Part shown: positions 11,050 through 23,754 of the stretch, one piece after another
How the letters are laid out: each line of letters opens with the position of its first letter
Numbering within the stretch: position 1 is the stretch's first letter
Source of the DNA: the human T2T-CHM13v2.0 reference genome, Homo sapiens
Reading direction: 5' to 3' (one strand)
Length of the DNA: 64,000 nt
Assembly (NCBI RefSeq): GCF_009914755.1
Contig: NC_060935.1
The notes under the pieces: generated by a model
The model's database searches: none
The model's input: the letters and a program-made list of their open reading frames with translations, nothing else
Told to the model about the DNA's origin: nothing
Position numbers and translations under genes: made by a program

Positions 11050-13212
11050 GAGCAGTACTATTTTGAAAGGAATTTTTCTGAGCAGTAGGTCTCAACAGTG
11101 GGCTTAAAACATTTAGTAAACCATGCTGTAAACAGATGTGTTATTATCTAGGATTTTTGTTCCATTTATGGAGTGCAGCATAATTCTTAAGGTCCCTAGG
11201 ATTTTTGAAATGGTAAATGAGCATAGGCTTGAACTGAAAGTTACCAACTGCATTAGCCCCTAACAAGAGAATCAGCCTGTCCTTTGAAGCTAGGCATTGA
11301 CTTCTGTCCTCTCTGGCTACAGAAGTCCTAGTTGGCATCTTTTTCCCATAGAAAACTTGTTTATCTACATTGAAAATATATTGTTTAATGTAGCCACCAT
11401 CATCAATTATCTTAGCCAAATCTTCTGGATAACTTGGTACAGCTTTATCATCAGCAGCACTTGCTGCTTCATCTTGCATTCTTATGTTATGGAGATGGCT
11501 TCTTTCCTTAAACCTCATGAACCAACTTCTCCTATCTTACAGTTTTTCTTCTGCAGCTCCCTTGCCTCTCAGCCTTCACAGAATTGAAGAGAGTTAGGCT
11601 CTCCTCTGGACTAGGCTTCAGTTTAAGGGAATGTTGTGGTTGGTTTCATCTTCTATCCAGACTTCTCAAACATTCTCCACATCAGCAATAAGGCTGTTTT
11701 GTTTTCTTACTGTGTGTTCACTGGAGTAGTACTTTTAATTTCCTTCAAATCACTTTTCCAACGCATTCACAACTTAACTGTTGGGTGCAAGAGGACTTGC
11801 TTTCAGTCTATCTCACCTTTCAATATGTCTTCCTCATTAAGCTTAATAATTTCTAGCTTTTGATTTGAAGTGAGAGAATGTGCAACTCTTCCTTTCACTT
11901 GAACACTTAGAGTCCATTGTTAGGTTATTAACTGACCTCATTTTGCTATTGTTTTGTCTCAGGGAATAGGGAGGCCCAAGGACGGGGGAGAGATGAGGGA
12001 ATAGCAGGTCAGTGGAGCTGTCAGAACAAACACATTTATCAAGCTTGCTGTCTTATATAGGCACAGTGATTCATAGTGCCTCAAAACAATATAATAGTAA
12101 CATCAAAGATCACTAATCACAGATCATCATAACAGATATAATAATGAACAAGTTTTAAATATTGCTAGAATTACCAAAATGTGACACAGACACACAAAGT
12201 GAGCACATGCTGTTGGAAAAATGATGCCAATAAATTTGCTCCACACAAGGTTGCCATGAACCTTCAGTTTGTGAAAAACGCAACATCTGCAAAGCACAAT
12301 AAATCAAAGTGCAGTAAAATGAGGTATGCCTATACTTAGGACGTGCAAAATAACAAACAGACAGGCTTATTCATTGCGATGGTGTTGGCAACAGCCAGAG
12401 ATTAGAAAGTCTATGAATAAAACACAGATTTAAAAGCTATGGTTATTTATACAATGGAAAACTGTGCAGTTGCAAAATGCATGAAAAAACTATGGATTAA
12501 CACAAAAAAATCACTAAGATATATTATTAAGTGAAAAAGCAAGATGCAGAATAATATTTTTGCTATCACTTATATATAAAGGTGAGAAGAAAAAATAGTT
12601 ATGTGTACTGGCTTGCATATGCTTAAAAATTCGATGAAATGATTATTAAGAAACTAATACCAGTAATCACCCATTGTGGAAACTGAGCACATATAAAAAT
12701 GAGGTGGAAAGGATATTGTCTTATAATTCCTGATGTTTGACTCTCAGGAATTTATTACATATTCAAAAAATTAAATAGAAAATTTTATTTTAAAACGGAA
12801 GCTTGATAGATTTGATTATAAGATTAAAGCACATTATCCTTTTATCAACACAAACACAGAAAGGCAATCACAAACTCTAGAAAGGGAGAAAAAATAAATA
12901 AAGGCTATACCTAAAGTCCTTGTCCAAACTGGAAGCAAAGTAAAATTCATCATGATTTGTGTAAATGGCATGCTATATGCAAAGAGAATCTATTTAACCT
13001 TGATGCTTGGGATAGCATTCAGGACCCACCTATTCCCTGATTTCCAGATTATTTAGTACACAGTCACATCAGTGGGTGCCTATTTAAATCCAGCCCAGTC
13101 TGTTACACCCTTGATGAAACTAAGATCAATAGCATTCAGTAGGGAAGATAACCAATGGGAAAAATCACTATTTGGACCGGTCACCTTGTCTTTCTGTAAA
13201 ATTACTAAACTA

Positions 13213-13350
13213 GGCAAGGCGTGGTGGCTCATGCCTGTAATCCCAGCACTTTGGGAGGCTGAGGCAGGAGGACTGTCTGAGCCCAGAAGTTCAAGACTAG
13301 CTTGGGCAACACAGGGAGACTCTATCTCCTTTTTTCTAAATAAGTTTTTA
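13213..13350 (+). mobile_element. FLAM (free left Alu monomer)
   Basis: Left monomer only; perfect 15-bp TSD aaaattactaaacta at 13198-13212 and 13351-13365. Confidence 0.88.
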
Positions 13351-13783
13351 AAAATTACTAAACTATTAAAACTAAACCCAGCTGTTGAAAATTTTTTTCT
13401 TTAAAAGTTCCACACTTCTCCAGCTGACATTATCATAATCCAAAAACTCAACCTCGCTTTGGTCATTCTACCAGCCCTACAAGGCTCTGGGAAGACAAGA
13501 ATGATTCAAAAAGTCAATGGAATAGTATATTCATCTTATGAAAAGCTCCTTGGCCAAGATCAACATTGTTTACCTTCTTATTGCAGTCAGTCTGTGATAA
13601 GAGAAGAGGAGGTACATGCCAGGGTTCCATCTCATTTTCACTACTCTGTTGGAGTTCCAAGAGGAGCCACCCAGATTCTCTCCACCTGACTCAGACAGCA
13701 TCTGGGAATTCCATGCGCACAATGAAAGCCTTAATTTATGGATACATGGATTATAGCATTTTATTATGGAATAGACTCAAGAG

Positions 13784-13994
13784 CAGGAGCCAGCAAACCA
13801 CAACCCATGGACCAAATCTGTTTTTATAAATATAATTTAATTGGGACACAGCCACACCTAGTCATTTACATATTGTTTATGGTCCTTTCACACTGTAACT
13901 GCAGAGTTGAGCAATTGTGACAGAGGCCATATGGCCTGCAAAGCCAAAAATATTTGTTATCTAGCCCTTTACTGAAAAAGTTTTCTGAACCCTG
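13784..13994. mobile_element. MER58A hAT-Charlie MITE
   Basis: CAGG...CCTG termini; perfect 8-bp TSD ctcaagag at 13776-13783 and 13995-14002. Confidence 0.9.
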
Positions 13995-14288
13995 CTCAAG
14001 AGTGTCCTGAAATGGTATTCAGCCAATTCCCACTAACAAAGTCAGACAGTTATAACACATGTAGCCTGAATCATCATCACTAAAAACTGTTTAGCCCTGT
14101 CCCTATGTGTGTACATATACACAGATATATATGTATGGTGGTATGCTCTTACTAAAAAATAACAATAAGATCACTAACAAAATGTTCATTCAAAGAGACT
14201 ATAATAATCTTACAATCATTCTGCTTTCTCACAAGAATCCAGTGTATTTCACATACCTAAGGGAGGCAGCATCATTTAAGGGACAGAA

Positions 14289-14451
14289 CTGTAGGTATGC
14301 ACCACCATGCCTGGAATTTTTTTTTACTTGTTGTAGAGACAAGGTCTTTCAATCTTGCCTAGGCTGATCCCAAACTCCTGGACTCAAGCAATTCTCCCAC
14401 CTTGGCCTCCCAAAGTGTTGAGATTACAGTCATGAGCCACTCTGCATGGCC
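14289..14451 (-). mobile_element. AluJ partial (left arm plus linker)
   Basis: ttgtagagacaaggtc...ggcctcccaaagtgttgagattacag. Confidence 0.8.
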
Positions 14452-14912
14452 AGGTACTTAATTTTTGAATTCAAATTATTGAGGGCTGGAAGCTTCAGTA
14501 AGTTGCCACTAACTAGTAATCAGAGAAAATATGTAGTTTATCTGAAATATTTTATTTATATAAATATATATAATCTTTCAGATATCTTTATAATTTTTAT
14601 GTATAAAAATATACATATGTAGTTTTATATATGTGTATCCTTTAAAATTAATAACTAATACTATCAGAAATAGAGAGAAATCTTCACATCCTATGAATGA
14701 AGAGGAATCCGAAAATCAGAATAAATATGGGAACTAACTCTGAAATTCCTAGAGAATAGGGAAGAAATGCTTGTTTCAATAATGTAAGGATTTGGGTTCT
14801 ACACCCATGTGAGACAGAAAAGTCCCATGTGATACTGGGAGCTGGAACTGAGATATCTACCCAAAGCTTGACATCTTCCAGGGAAGAAAAAACTATCCAT
14901 CAGCATGCAAGC

Positions 14913-15281
14913 TATATTAGTTCATTTTCACACTGCTATAAAGAACTACCCGTGACTGGGTAATATATTTAAAAAAAAAAAAGGATTAATTGACTCCCAG
15001 TTCCACATGGCTGGAGAAGCCTCAGCAAACTTAAAATCATGGCAGAAGGTGAAGGGGAAGCAAGGCACATCTTACATAGTGGCAAGAGAGAGAGAGCACG
15101 AAGGGGGAACTGCCTCACTTTTAAACCATCAGATCTTGTGAGAACTCACTCACTATCATGAGAATTACATAGAGGAACCACCCTCGGAATCCAATCACCT
15201 CCCACCAGGTCCCTTCCTCGACACATGGGGATCACAATTTGAGATGAGATTTGGGTGGGGACACAGAGCCAAACCATATCA
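14913..15281 (-). mobile_element. THE1D-like MaLR solo LTR
   Basis: Ends gggtggggacacagagccaaaccatatca (reverse complement of the THE1 5' end); 5-bp near-TSD caagc/caagg. Confidence 0.9.
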
Positions 15282-15697
15282 CAAGGATTATGGGAAAGTT
15301 TGTCAGTCTTTGCTTGGGCTCCATATTGAAAAAAGGAACTCTCAACAACTTAAAAATGTGGACCAACATCATACATTTGTTTCAACTTTGAATTTACATT
15401 CTCCATGTGATCTGAGGATACCAAAGATATCTGATGTCTAAAAACAATTATTTCAGATATGTTTGTTAGCTCGTTTTCAGTGGATTTTCATCTGTGGAAA
15501 TTCTGCAAAGTTGAGAAATTAACATAATCTGGTAGAAGGAAACACAAAACTACCCTTGAGGAATATTCCATCAACACAGGCTACATAGGATTCTGATAGG
15601 AAAAAAGATGTAATCAACAGGAATCGTAGATATAGTCTGCATCCATAAAATAAGTACTTTAAAAGTACTTTTAAAGTTATTAAAGGTGAGGACTTTT

Positions 15698-17030
15698 ATA
15701 GAGAACCCAGAAATAAATCCATACATCTACAGTGAACTCATTTTTAACAAAGGTGTCAAGAACACACATTGGAGAAAGGACACATAAATGCTGCTGGGAA
15801 AACTGGATATCCATACTCAGAAGAATGAAGCTAGATCCCTATCTCTTGCCATATACAAGAATCAAATCAAAATGAATTAAAGACTTAAATCTAAGACCTC
15901 AAACTAAGAAACTACTGAAAGAAAACATTGGAGAAACTTTTCAGGACATTGATCTGGGCCAAAGTTTCTTGTGTCACAAGCGTAGGCAACCAAAGTTTCT
16001 GTGCCTCAAGCACAGGCAACTAAAGCAAAAATGCACAAATGAGATCACATCAAGTTAGAAGGCTTCCACACAGCAAAGAAACCATCAACAAAGTGAAGAG
16101 ACAACCCACAGAATGGGAGAAAACATTTGCAAACTATCCATCTGACACAGGATTAATAACCAGAATATATAAGGAGCTCAAACAACTCATAGGAAAAAAA
16201 TCTAATAATCTGATTTAAAAATTGGCAAAAGGTCTGAATAGACTTTTCTCAAAAGGATACATATGAATGGCAAACAGCTATATGAAAAGGTGACTACCAT
16301 TATTGATCATCAGAGAAATGCAAATTAAAACTACAATGAGATATTATCTCACCCCAATAAAAATGGCTTTTATCCAAAAGACAGGCAATAAGGAATGATG
16401 GCGAGGATGTGGAGGAAAGGGAATCCTTGTACACAGTTGGTGGGAATGTAAGTTACTACAACCACTATGGACAACAATATGGAGGTTCTTCAAAAAACTA
16501 AAAACAGAACTACCATATAATCTAGCAATCCCACTGCTAGGTATATACCCAAAATAAAGGAAAACAGAATTGTGAAGAGATATTTGCACTCCCATATTTA
16601 TTGCAGCACTATTCACAATAACCAAGATCTGGAATCAACCTAAGTGTCCATCAGCAGACTAAGGGATAAAGAGAACATGATACATATACACAATGGAGTG
16701 CTCTTCAGCCATAAAAAAAGAATGAAATCTTGTCGTTTGTAACAATGTGGATGGAACTGGATGATATCATGTTAAGTGAAATAAGCCAGGCACAGAAGAA
16801 AACAACTTTGCATGTTCTCACTCGTTCGTGGAAGCTAAAAATTAAAACAATTGAACTCAGAAATAGAGAGTAGAATGATAGTTATCAGAGGCTTGGAATG
16901 GTGATGGTGGGAGGCGGAAGTGAGTATGGTTAATGGGTACAAAAATACAGTTAGACAGAAAAAATACAATCTAGTATTTGATAACACAACAGAGTGACTA
17001 TAGCCAAAAATAAAAAAGAAATTAAAAAAA
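15698..17030 (+). mobile_element. L1MA (L1MA2/3-like) ORF2 3' end and partial 3'UTR
   Basis: aaagtgaagagacaacccacagaatgggagaaa; tctagtatttgataacacaacagagtgactatag followed by an A-rich tail. Confidence 0.85.
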
Positions 17031-17815
17031 TAAGGACTTCTACATTTGGTCAATATGGAGTAATAGAGATTGGATACTCCCTCCCATCTGAAGCAATTGA
17101 GAAAAGGACAAAACATATGAAACAATTATTTTCAGATGTTGAACATCAGGCAGTTCTGGACAGTGACATCTCAGAGAGGGAAAACACAGGACATTTTAGC
17201 TTACTGCCTAGAGGGAGTTTCCAAGTCGCTGCATGAGAAGAGAGATTCCAGGCAGAGGCTAGCAGTCTCCTTGAGCTGAGGAGAAACAGCTGGAAGATAG
17301 GGAGGCTAAAGTGGCTAGACCTGACAGGACAGAGCACCAGAGAAGAGAGGGGCACATCAGGAGAGAACTCCAGAATCTTCAAAGCCTTGAGTCTTCAGCT
17401 GAGGACAGATCAGAGAATGCATGTGAGGAAACTACCCAAGGACGAGGAAAGAATCAACCAAAAAGAGTAGAAGGAAAAATCTCCAAAGCTCACACAGAGC
17501 CAAGAATAGTTTATATTCTTACCAGCCAGCATGGAAACCCTCATAATTCAAGGGCATTGAGTAAAGTACTTAAAAAGATATCATCTCATTAGTGATATCA
17601 AGATTTAGGACAAAGAAATTTGCCATGGATAAAGAGAGCTATGTAATAAGAATAATTATGATGATGATGATGATGAAGGGATCAATTCAACAAAAGGATG
17701 ACGAGTTGAGAAGATGTAGCTGAGAGTCTAGAGAAGCCAAGGTGGCTAGCATTTGCAGGACAGAGTACCAGAGAAGAGAGAGTATCACAGAAAAGGAGAA
17801 TCTGCAGAGGGTACC

Positions 17816-18243
17816 CATAGGAAGACAGCCTGTTGCACACCAAGACTGATGCCATCTTGCAGTGAAACTGCTATGATGACCCATGTTTGACCCTCACATA
17901 CCAAGGTGTTCTGCAGTAAGATCTTTAAGCAATGCCTCTAGCATAGATAATCCCTCACAAAGATGCTTATCTCATCTCCCCAGTGGTTGCAAGTTTTGCA
18001 GAAAAATTTGAGGCATGTCCAGCTGCACATGTCTTTACCTTAAAAACTTGCTACATAAAGGACATTTTCTGGAGGGCAGGTATGGGGAATCCACCATCTC
18101 ACAGCTGCCTGAGACCACTTTTGTTTGCAAGCTCCTATTAAAAGTTTCTTTCTGAGAAACTGGATTTGTCAGCCTCTTTCTTCAGTCTATCAGCTCCCTA
18201 GCCTTTGGAGGTAGGTGTGCATATACTTGCTCACTGTGGAACA
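17816..18243 (+). mobile_element. ERVL-class solo LTR (LTR47-like)
   Basis: Ends in ...ggaaca, contains ATTAAA, has 5-bp near-TSD gtacc/gtgcc and interrupts an L1M 5'UTR. Confidence 0.65.
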
Positions 18244-20045
18244 GTGCCCTTGAGTATTCAGCTGAGTATAATAAGCACATGCGTGTGGGGAAGCTAGACA
18301 AGGCTGGGGAAAGAACCACCAAAAGATTTAGAAGTAACATTGTCCAGTGCTCACATACAGCTAGACATGATGCCTTTCCCCTTCAGCCAGACTGAAAAAC
18401 TTTATGATCCTCAGAGTGTAAGATAGAGTGCACAGAACAGTCTTGCCTCAATAGTGGAAAAGAATTAGTACTGAGTACTGCTCCAGCTTTACATAATAAT
18501 CTTAAAAGCAAAACCTGAAAAGATCAAATGCTTCAAGTAACTTAGCTATGTCCCAGAACAAAGAGCTATAACATTTTATGGAAACACAAAAATATGCAGT
18601 AACCATCATGGAAAAATTCACAGTATCTGGCATCCAATAAAAAACTCCTAGGTACAAAAAAGGAGGTAAATATGACTTGTAATGAGAAAAACTAAATAAA
18701 TTGAAAATAAACCTTAACTGATAATAGATATTAGAAATAGCAAGCATAGTCATTGAAAGTTACTACAACTATATGCCACACATTTAAAAAGTTGAGTAGG
18801 GATATGGAAGATATAAAAAAGAACCAAGTAAAACTTCTAGAGAAGAAAACTGCAATGCGTGATGGCAAATACATTGGATAGGATTAGTGACACATTAGAT
18901 TTTGCAGAAGAAAAAATTAGTGAACCTGAAGATGTAACAACAGAAACTATGCAAAAAGCAAACAAACAAAAACAGAGAGAAAAGGGAATTTTAAAAAATG
19001 AGCACAGACAGCATCAGTGAGCTATGGGAAAACTTCAAGTGGCTTAATATACTTGTAATGGAATCAGTAAAGAAGAGAAAACATAGGAGCAGAAAAAATT
19101 TTGAAGAAATAATGGCCATAATTTTTAAAAATTTGATAAAAATCTTAATCCTACAAGAGCTAAGAATCTAAAATGCTAAGCCCAAGAAATAGAAAGAAAA
19201 GCATCCCAAGGCCCATCATAATCAAATTGCTCAGAACCAGTGACGATTAAAAAAAAAAACTTAAAAGCAGCCAGGTTAAAAAAAAATAATAAAAATCACC
19301 AATATGTAACATATGGGGGAACAAAGATAACTCAACAGAAATGATGTCAGTGGAAAGACAACAGACAACATCTTCAAAATGCTGGAAAAAAAAGAACTGT
19401 CAGCCTCAATCTTTATATTCAGCAAAAATATCTTTCAAAAACAGAGGTGATTCAAGATCAAGGAGCTGGCAGGAAGAAGCAAAAAAAGAAGGTAATATTG
19501 GTTTTCCAGATATTCAAAAGCTGAGAGATTTCACCGAGAGCAGAGCCACACTACAAGAAATATTAAAAGAAGTCTTTCAGATAGAAGCAAAGAGTTATCA
19601 GATAAAAATATGAATCTACACAAAGAAAGCACACTAGAAATAATAACTACACAGGTAAATATACAAGACATTGTTATATAAATGCCTACGAAGGTCCCTG
19701 ATTCTTTAAACTAAAGCAATAACTAATATGAGATTTATAATATGTAAAAGTAAAACATATGACAATAGCACAAAGTTTAGGAGGAAGGAAGTAAAAGCAC
19801 AATATTGGAAATAAAATGAAATCATAAAAATATTCAATTAATTTTTAAAGAATTAGAGGAAAAAAGGAACAAAGACTAGAGGGGACACATATTTTAAAAT
19901 AGCAAGATGATTTAAAGCTGACCATATTAATAATCATATTCACTGTAAGTTGTCTAAGTATTCTAAGTAAAAGGCAAATTTTGTCCGATTAGGTTTTAAA
20001 ATTGTGAAGCCCAATTATATGCTGCCTATTAAAAATGTACTTCAA

Positions 20046-20361
<316 letters not shown>

Positions 20362-20519
20362 TCAAATATAGACACAAATAAGTTTAAAAAGTAGGCAGAT
20401 AGAAAAATACACAGCATGCAAACATTAATTCAAAGTCAGATAGTTGGAGTGATTGTATCATTAGACTGAGTAGATTTCAGGCCAATGTCTATTTCCAGGA
20501 CTAAATAAGGTCATTTTTA

Positions 20520-22742
20520 ATAGTTGCTCTAGGGATTATAATAGACACGACTAACCGTTCATGGGGTCCTTAGAATATTTTACCATATGAATTAAAATGT
20601 AGATGTCTTACAACCACATTGTTCTCTTCACTCTCCCACTTGTTGTTATAGTTGTCATAGGTATTACATTTAGATACGTTGAAAACCCTACCAATCTTAT
20701 ATTTGTTTTTGACAGTCAGACATATTTTCAAGAACTTATGAGAAGAAAAATTATCTATTACATATAAATTATCTATTACATATACCCAGATATTTATCAT
20801 TTCTGTTACTCTTCCTTCATACTGAAGTTTCAAGGATCCCTCTGGTATCATTTCCCTTTAAACTGAAGAACTTTCTTTAACATTTTTTAAGACGAGTTCA
20901 GCTTGGTGAATTCTCTTCGTTTTTCTTCATCTGCAAGTGCCTTATTTCTCCTTCATTCTCAATTAATATTTTTACTGGATATAGAATTCCGGATTAACAG
21001 TTCTCTTTCCTTAAAAATTTTATTCTACCGTTCTTTGGCCTCCAAGGATACTAATAAGAAATCCACAGTCATAAAAATCATTATTCTCCTCTATATAATA
21101 TGTCATTTTTTTTTTCTGGATGCTTTCAAGATTTTTTTTTTTTCTTTCTCTTTGTTATTCAGAAGTTTTTCTCTGATGAATAGATGGGCTTTGTTGTTGT
21201 TCTTCAGTTTTTCTTGTCTGGGGTTCAATGATCTTCTTGAAATATAAACTTATGTCTTTCACTGAATTTAGGAAGTTTTTTGCTATTATTTCTTGAAAAT
21301 ATTTTTTTCTGAATCCATCTCTTTCTCTTCTGTTTCTGGGACTCCAATGATATAAATATTAGATCTTTTGATAAGAGCTCACAGATTTGTCAATCTTTTT
21401 TCTCTTTGTTTTTCAAATCGGATCCTTCCTATTGCTCCATTTTCAAATGTCATCTCCATTTTGTTATTCGGTTCGTTGAGTGAAGTTTTTATTTCACATA
21501 GTACATTTCTCAGTTTTAGAAGTCCCAATTGGGTCTTCTCGTAGTTTCTATTTCCATATCTAAGGCTTTTATTTCTCTATTAACTTCAAATTGTAATAGC
21601 TGCTTAAAGCCATTGATAACTTCAGCATCTGGATCACTGTGGGATTAGCATCTGTTTGTATTTTCTCTTGAGAATTTATCACATATTCCCAGTGTTTCAC
21701 ATGTTGAGTAATTCTGGATTCATCTGGGTAATTTGAATGTTGTGTGTGAAACCTTTGGTTTTGTCAAAACCCCTGAAGAAGGTTGATTTGGGCAGTGAAC
21801 CTGTTTAGATCTAGACTGTGAATTCCATTTCATTTTTCTAGGGGCTGTGCTTCTAATGCGAATTTTAAAAGCCTTTGCTATGCTCTAGTGAGTTTGCCCC
21901 ATATGTGCGCCATTAGTCCAGGACTTAGCTGTGGATTATATTCTAGTTCAGTCCTCAAATCCCATGCTATGCTTCTCTGGGCCTGTTTCCACACATGCGC
22001 AGCTGAGGGATGACTTGTACTGGTTCATATAGAATCAGGTGATTCCCTTCTCCAGCTCTCTTCTCCTCAGGATTTCTCCCACACTTTCCAGCTCCTGAGG
22101 TCCCACCTTTTTTCATTTCTTTGACTAGAAATACATGTTTCTCTCTCTGAGTTTTAGCTTCTGTGCTTTCACAGTTTTGCATGGCTGGAGCCACACCCAG
22201 AGTAAAATGATGAGATAAAACAGAGGGAGTGCTCCAGACTCTCACACCACAGGAATCCCTTATTTCGGTTTCTCTGACCAAAGAGATAAGTTTTCTCTCA
22301 AGGTTTTCAGTGTCTATGCTATTGTCACCACTACTACAGCAGGGAGCTTCACAAATGGGGCTGCTGAAAAAAGATAAAAGAAAAACAACTGGGATTTTCC
22401 CCCACACTCTCTGGCGTGCAGGAGTCTCTTCCTTTGGTCTCCTGGTCAGATGGGGAAGGCCTTCTCTGAGTTTTGCTGTCTGTACCTGTTACACAGTTCT
22501 GCCACTGGGGCTACCCTTGGATCAAACCTTGAAGACAAGGAAAAAAACCCAGAAAACTCCTTCCCATACTGCTTGTTCTTTAAGATTTGACATTCTTCCC
22601 CAATCTGACAACTAGTGTTTATTTTTCAGTCTTCAGGTAGTTTTTTTTTTTTTTTTTAATTCTATCCAGAGTTATTAGTTGTGATCTGTGGGGAAGATAG
22701 GCCATAGTGGAGTGAGTCCATTTTGGCTAGCACTAGAAGTCT
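20520..22742 (-). mobile_element. Old L1M 5'UTR/ORF1
   Basis: T-rich antisense L1 ORF1 sequence; 5' end reads agacttctagtgctagccaaaatgg on the - strand. Confidence 0.7.
20748..20783. repeat. Perfect 18-bp tandem duplication
   Basis: aaattatctattacatat x2. Confidence 0.95.
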
Positions 22743-23754
22743 CAAATAAATTATTAAGGTAGGCAAAGGTTATAAACATACATTTGACAGTGGCAGAGAA
22801 CCATAATGTCTGATAAACTCACGAAAGTACATTGACCTTCATTTATAATCAGGAAAATGGAAGTTAGTTTGATAAAATTTACACACAAAATTTTATCATC
22901 TGATAATATCCAGAGTGGAAGATAAAGTAAGAAAACAGGAATGGAATCATTTTATATTTTAAGTAGAATTATAAATCAGTATAACCAATTCCTAACCAAA
23001 GTCATAATACAGGTTAAAATAATTACAAGAGACTATCATATGCAACTCCACAGCTACAGATTTGGAAACCTATAGGAAATGTATCATTTCCTAACAAAAT
23101 AAAAATTATCAACATTAATGCAAGAAGTAGCAAAAAAAATTGAATACATCAATTACAAAAGCTGTTAGAAAATGACAAGAAATCTACCTGTGAAAGTAAT
23201 ACTAACTCCAAATGATTTTAGAATTGAGCTTTAAGCTATTGGACAAATTATTATAATACTATTTAAATTATTCCAGACCACATAAAAATATAGAAACTTC
23301 TTGAACTTATTTTACTAGTAAACATTTTAATAACCAAATTGCTTGAAGATAGTATGAAACAAAGAAGATCAAGCTCACCCATGTATCTAGAAAAAGTTTT
23401 AATCAAAGTGTTAGCAAAAAATACTGCAGGATGTAAAATAATACAATGTGACCAAATAGGGTATATTTCGAGATCCAAGGATGGTATAATAGCAAGAGAT
23501 TGATAAACATATTACATAAAGAAATCAAAGGACAAAAACTGTACCATTAAGCATCATCTGTCAAGATGTTCAAGATTAAGAAGCATAGCTGAGAGGGACC
23601 CCATCTGATAGTCTTTTAACTCCCTGAATTCTAGTTGTTTATGATCAACACTTCATTTGTTCTTCTTCATTACATAAACCAATATACTTTCTTTTATTTT
23701 TTCTTAAGCTAGTTTGAGTTGGAATGCTGTCATGTGCAACTAAGTATATTTTCT

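Larger units (their letters stand above)
9367..12332 (-). mobile_element. Near full-length Tigger1 DNA transposon with disrupted transposase
   Basis: TA|CAGGCATACCTC ... GAGGTATGCCTA|TA TIRs. ORF 11144-11518(-) [11 protein letters not shown]...[14 protein letters not shown]...QYIFNVD...[12 protein letters not shown] and ORF 9884-10237(-) are pogo/Tigger transposase pieces. About 2.35 kb after removing two Alus. Confidence 0.95.
6730..12790 (+). mobile_element. Ancient L1M (L1MC-like) ORF2 3' end and 3'UTR, interrupted by younger insertions
   Basis: Collinear L1 fragments at ~6730-7015, 7275-7356, 7954-8550, 8872-8965, 9320-9366 and 12335-12790. Confidence 0.6.

Noticed and set aside
9884-11518. 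TIGD1-like domesticated transposase gene
   Set aside because: The frame is broken by frameshifts and an Alu, and TIRs with TA duplications are present, so this is a fossil Tigger1
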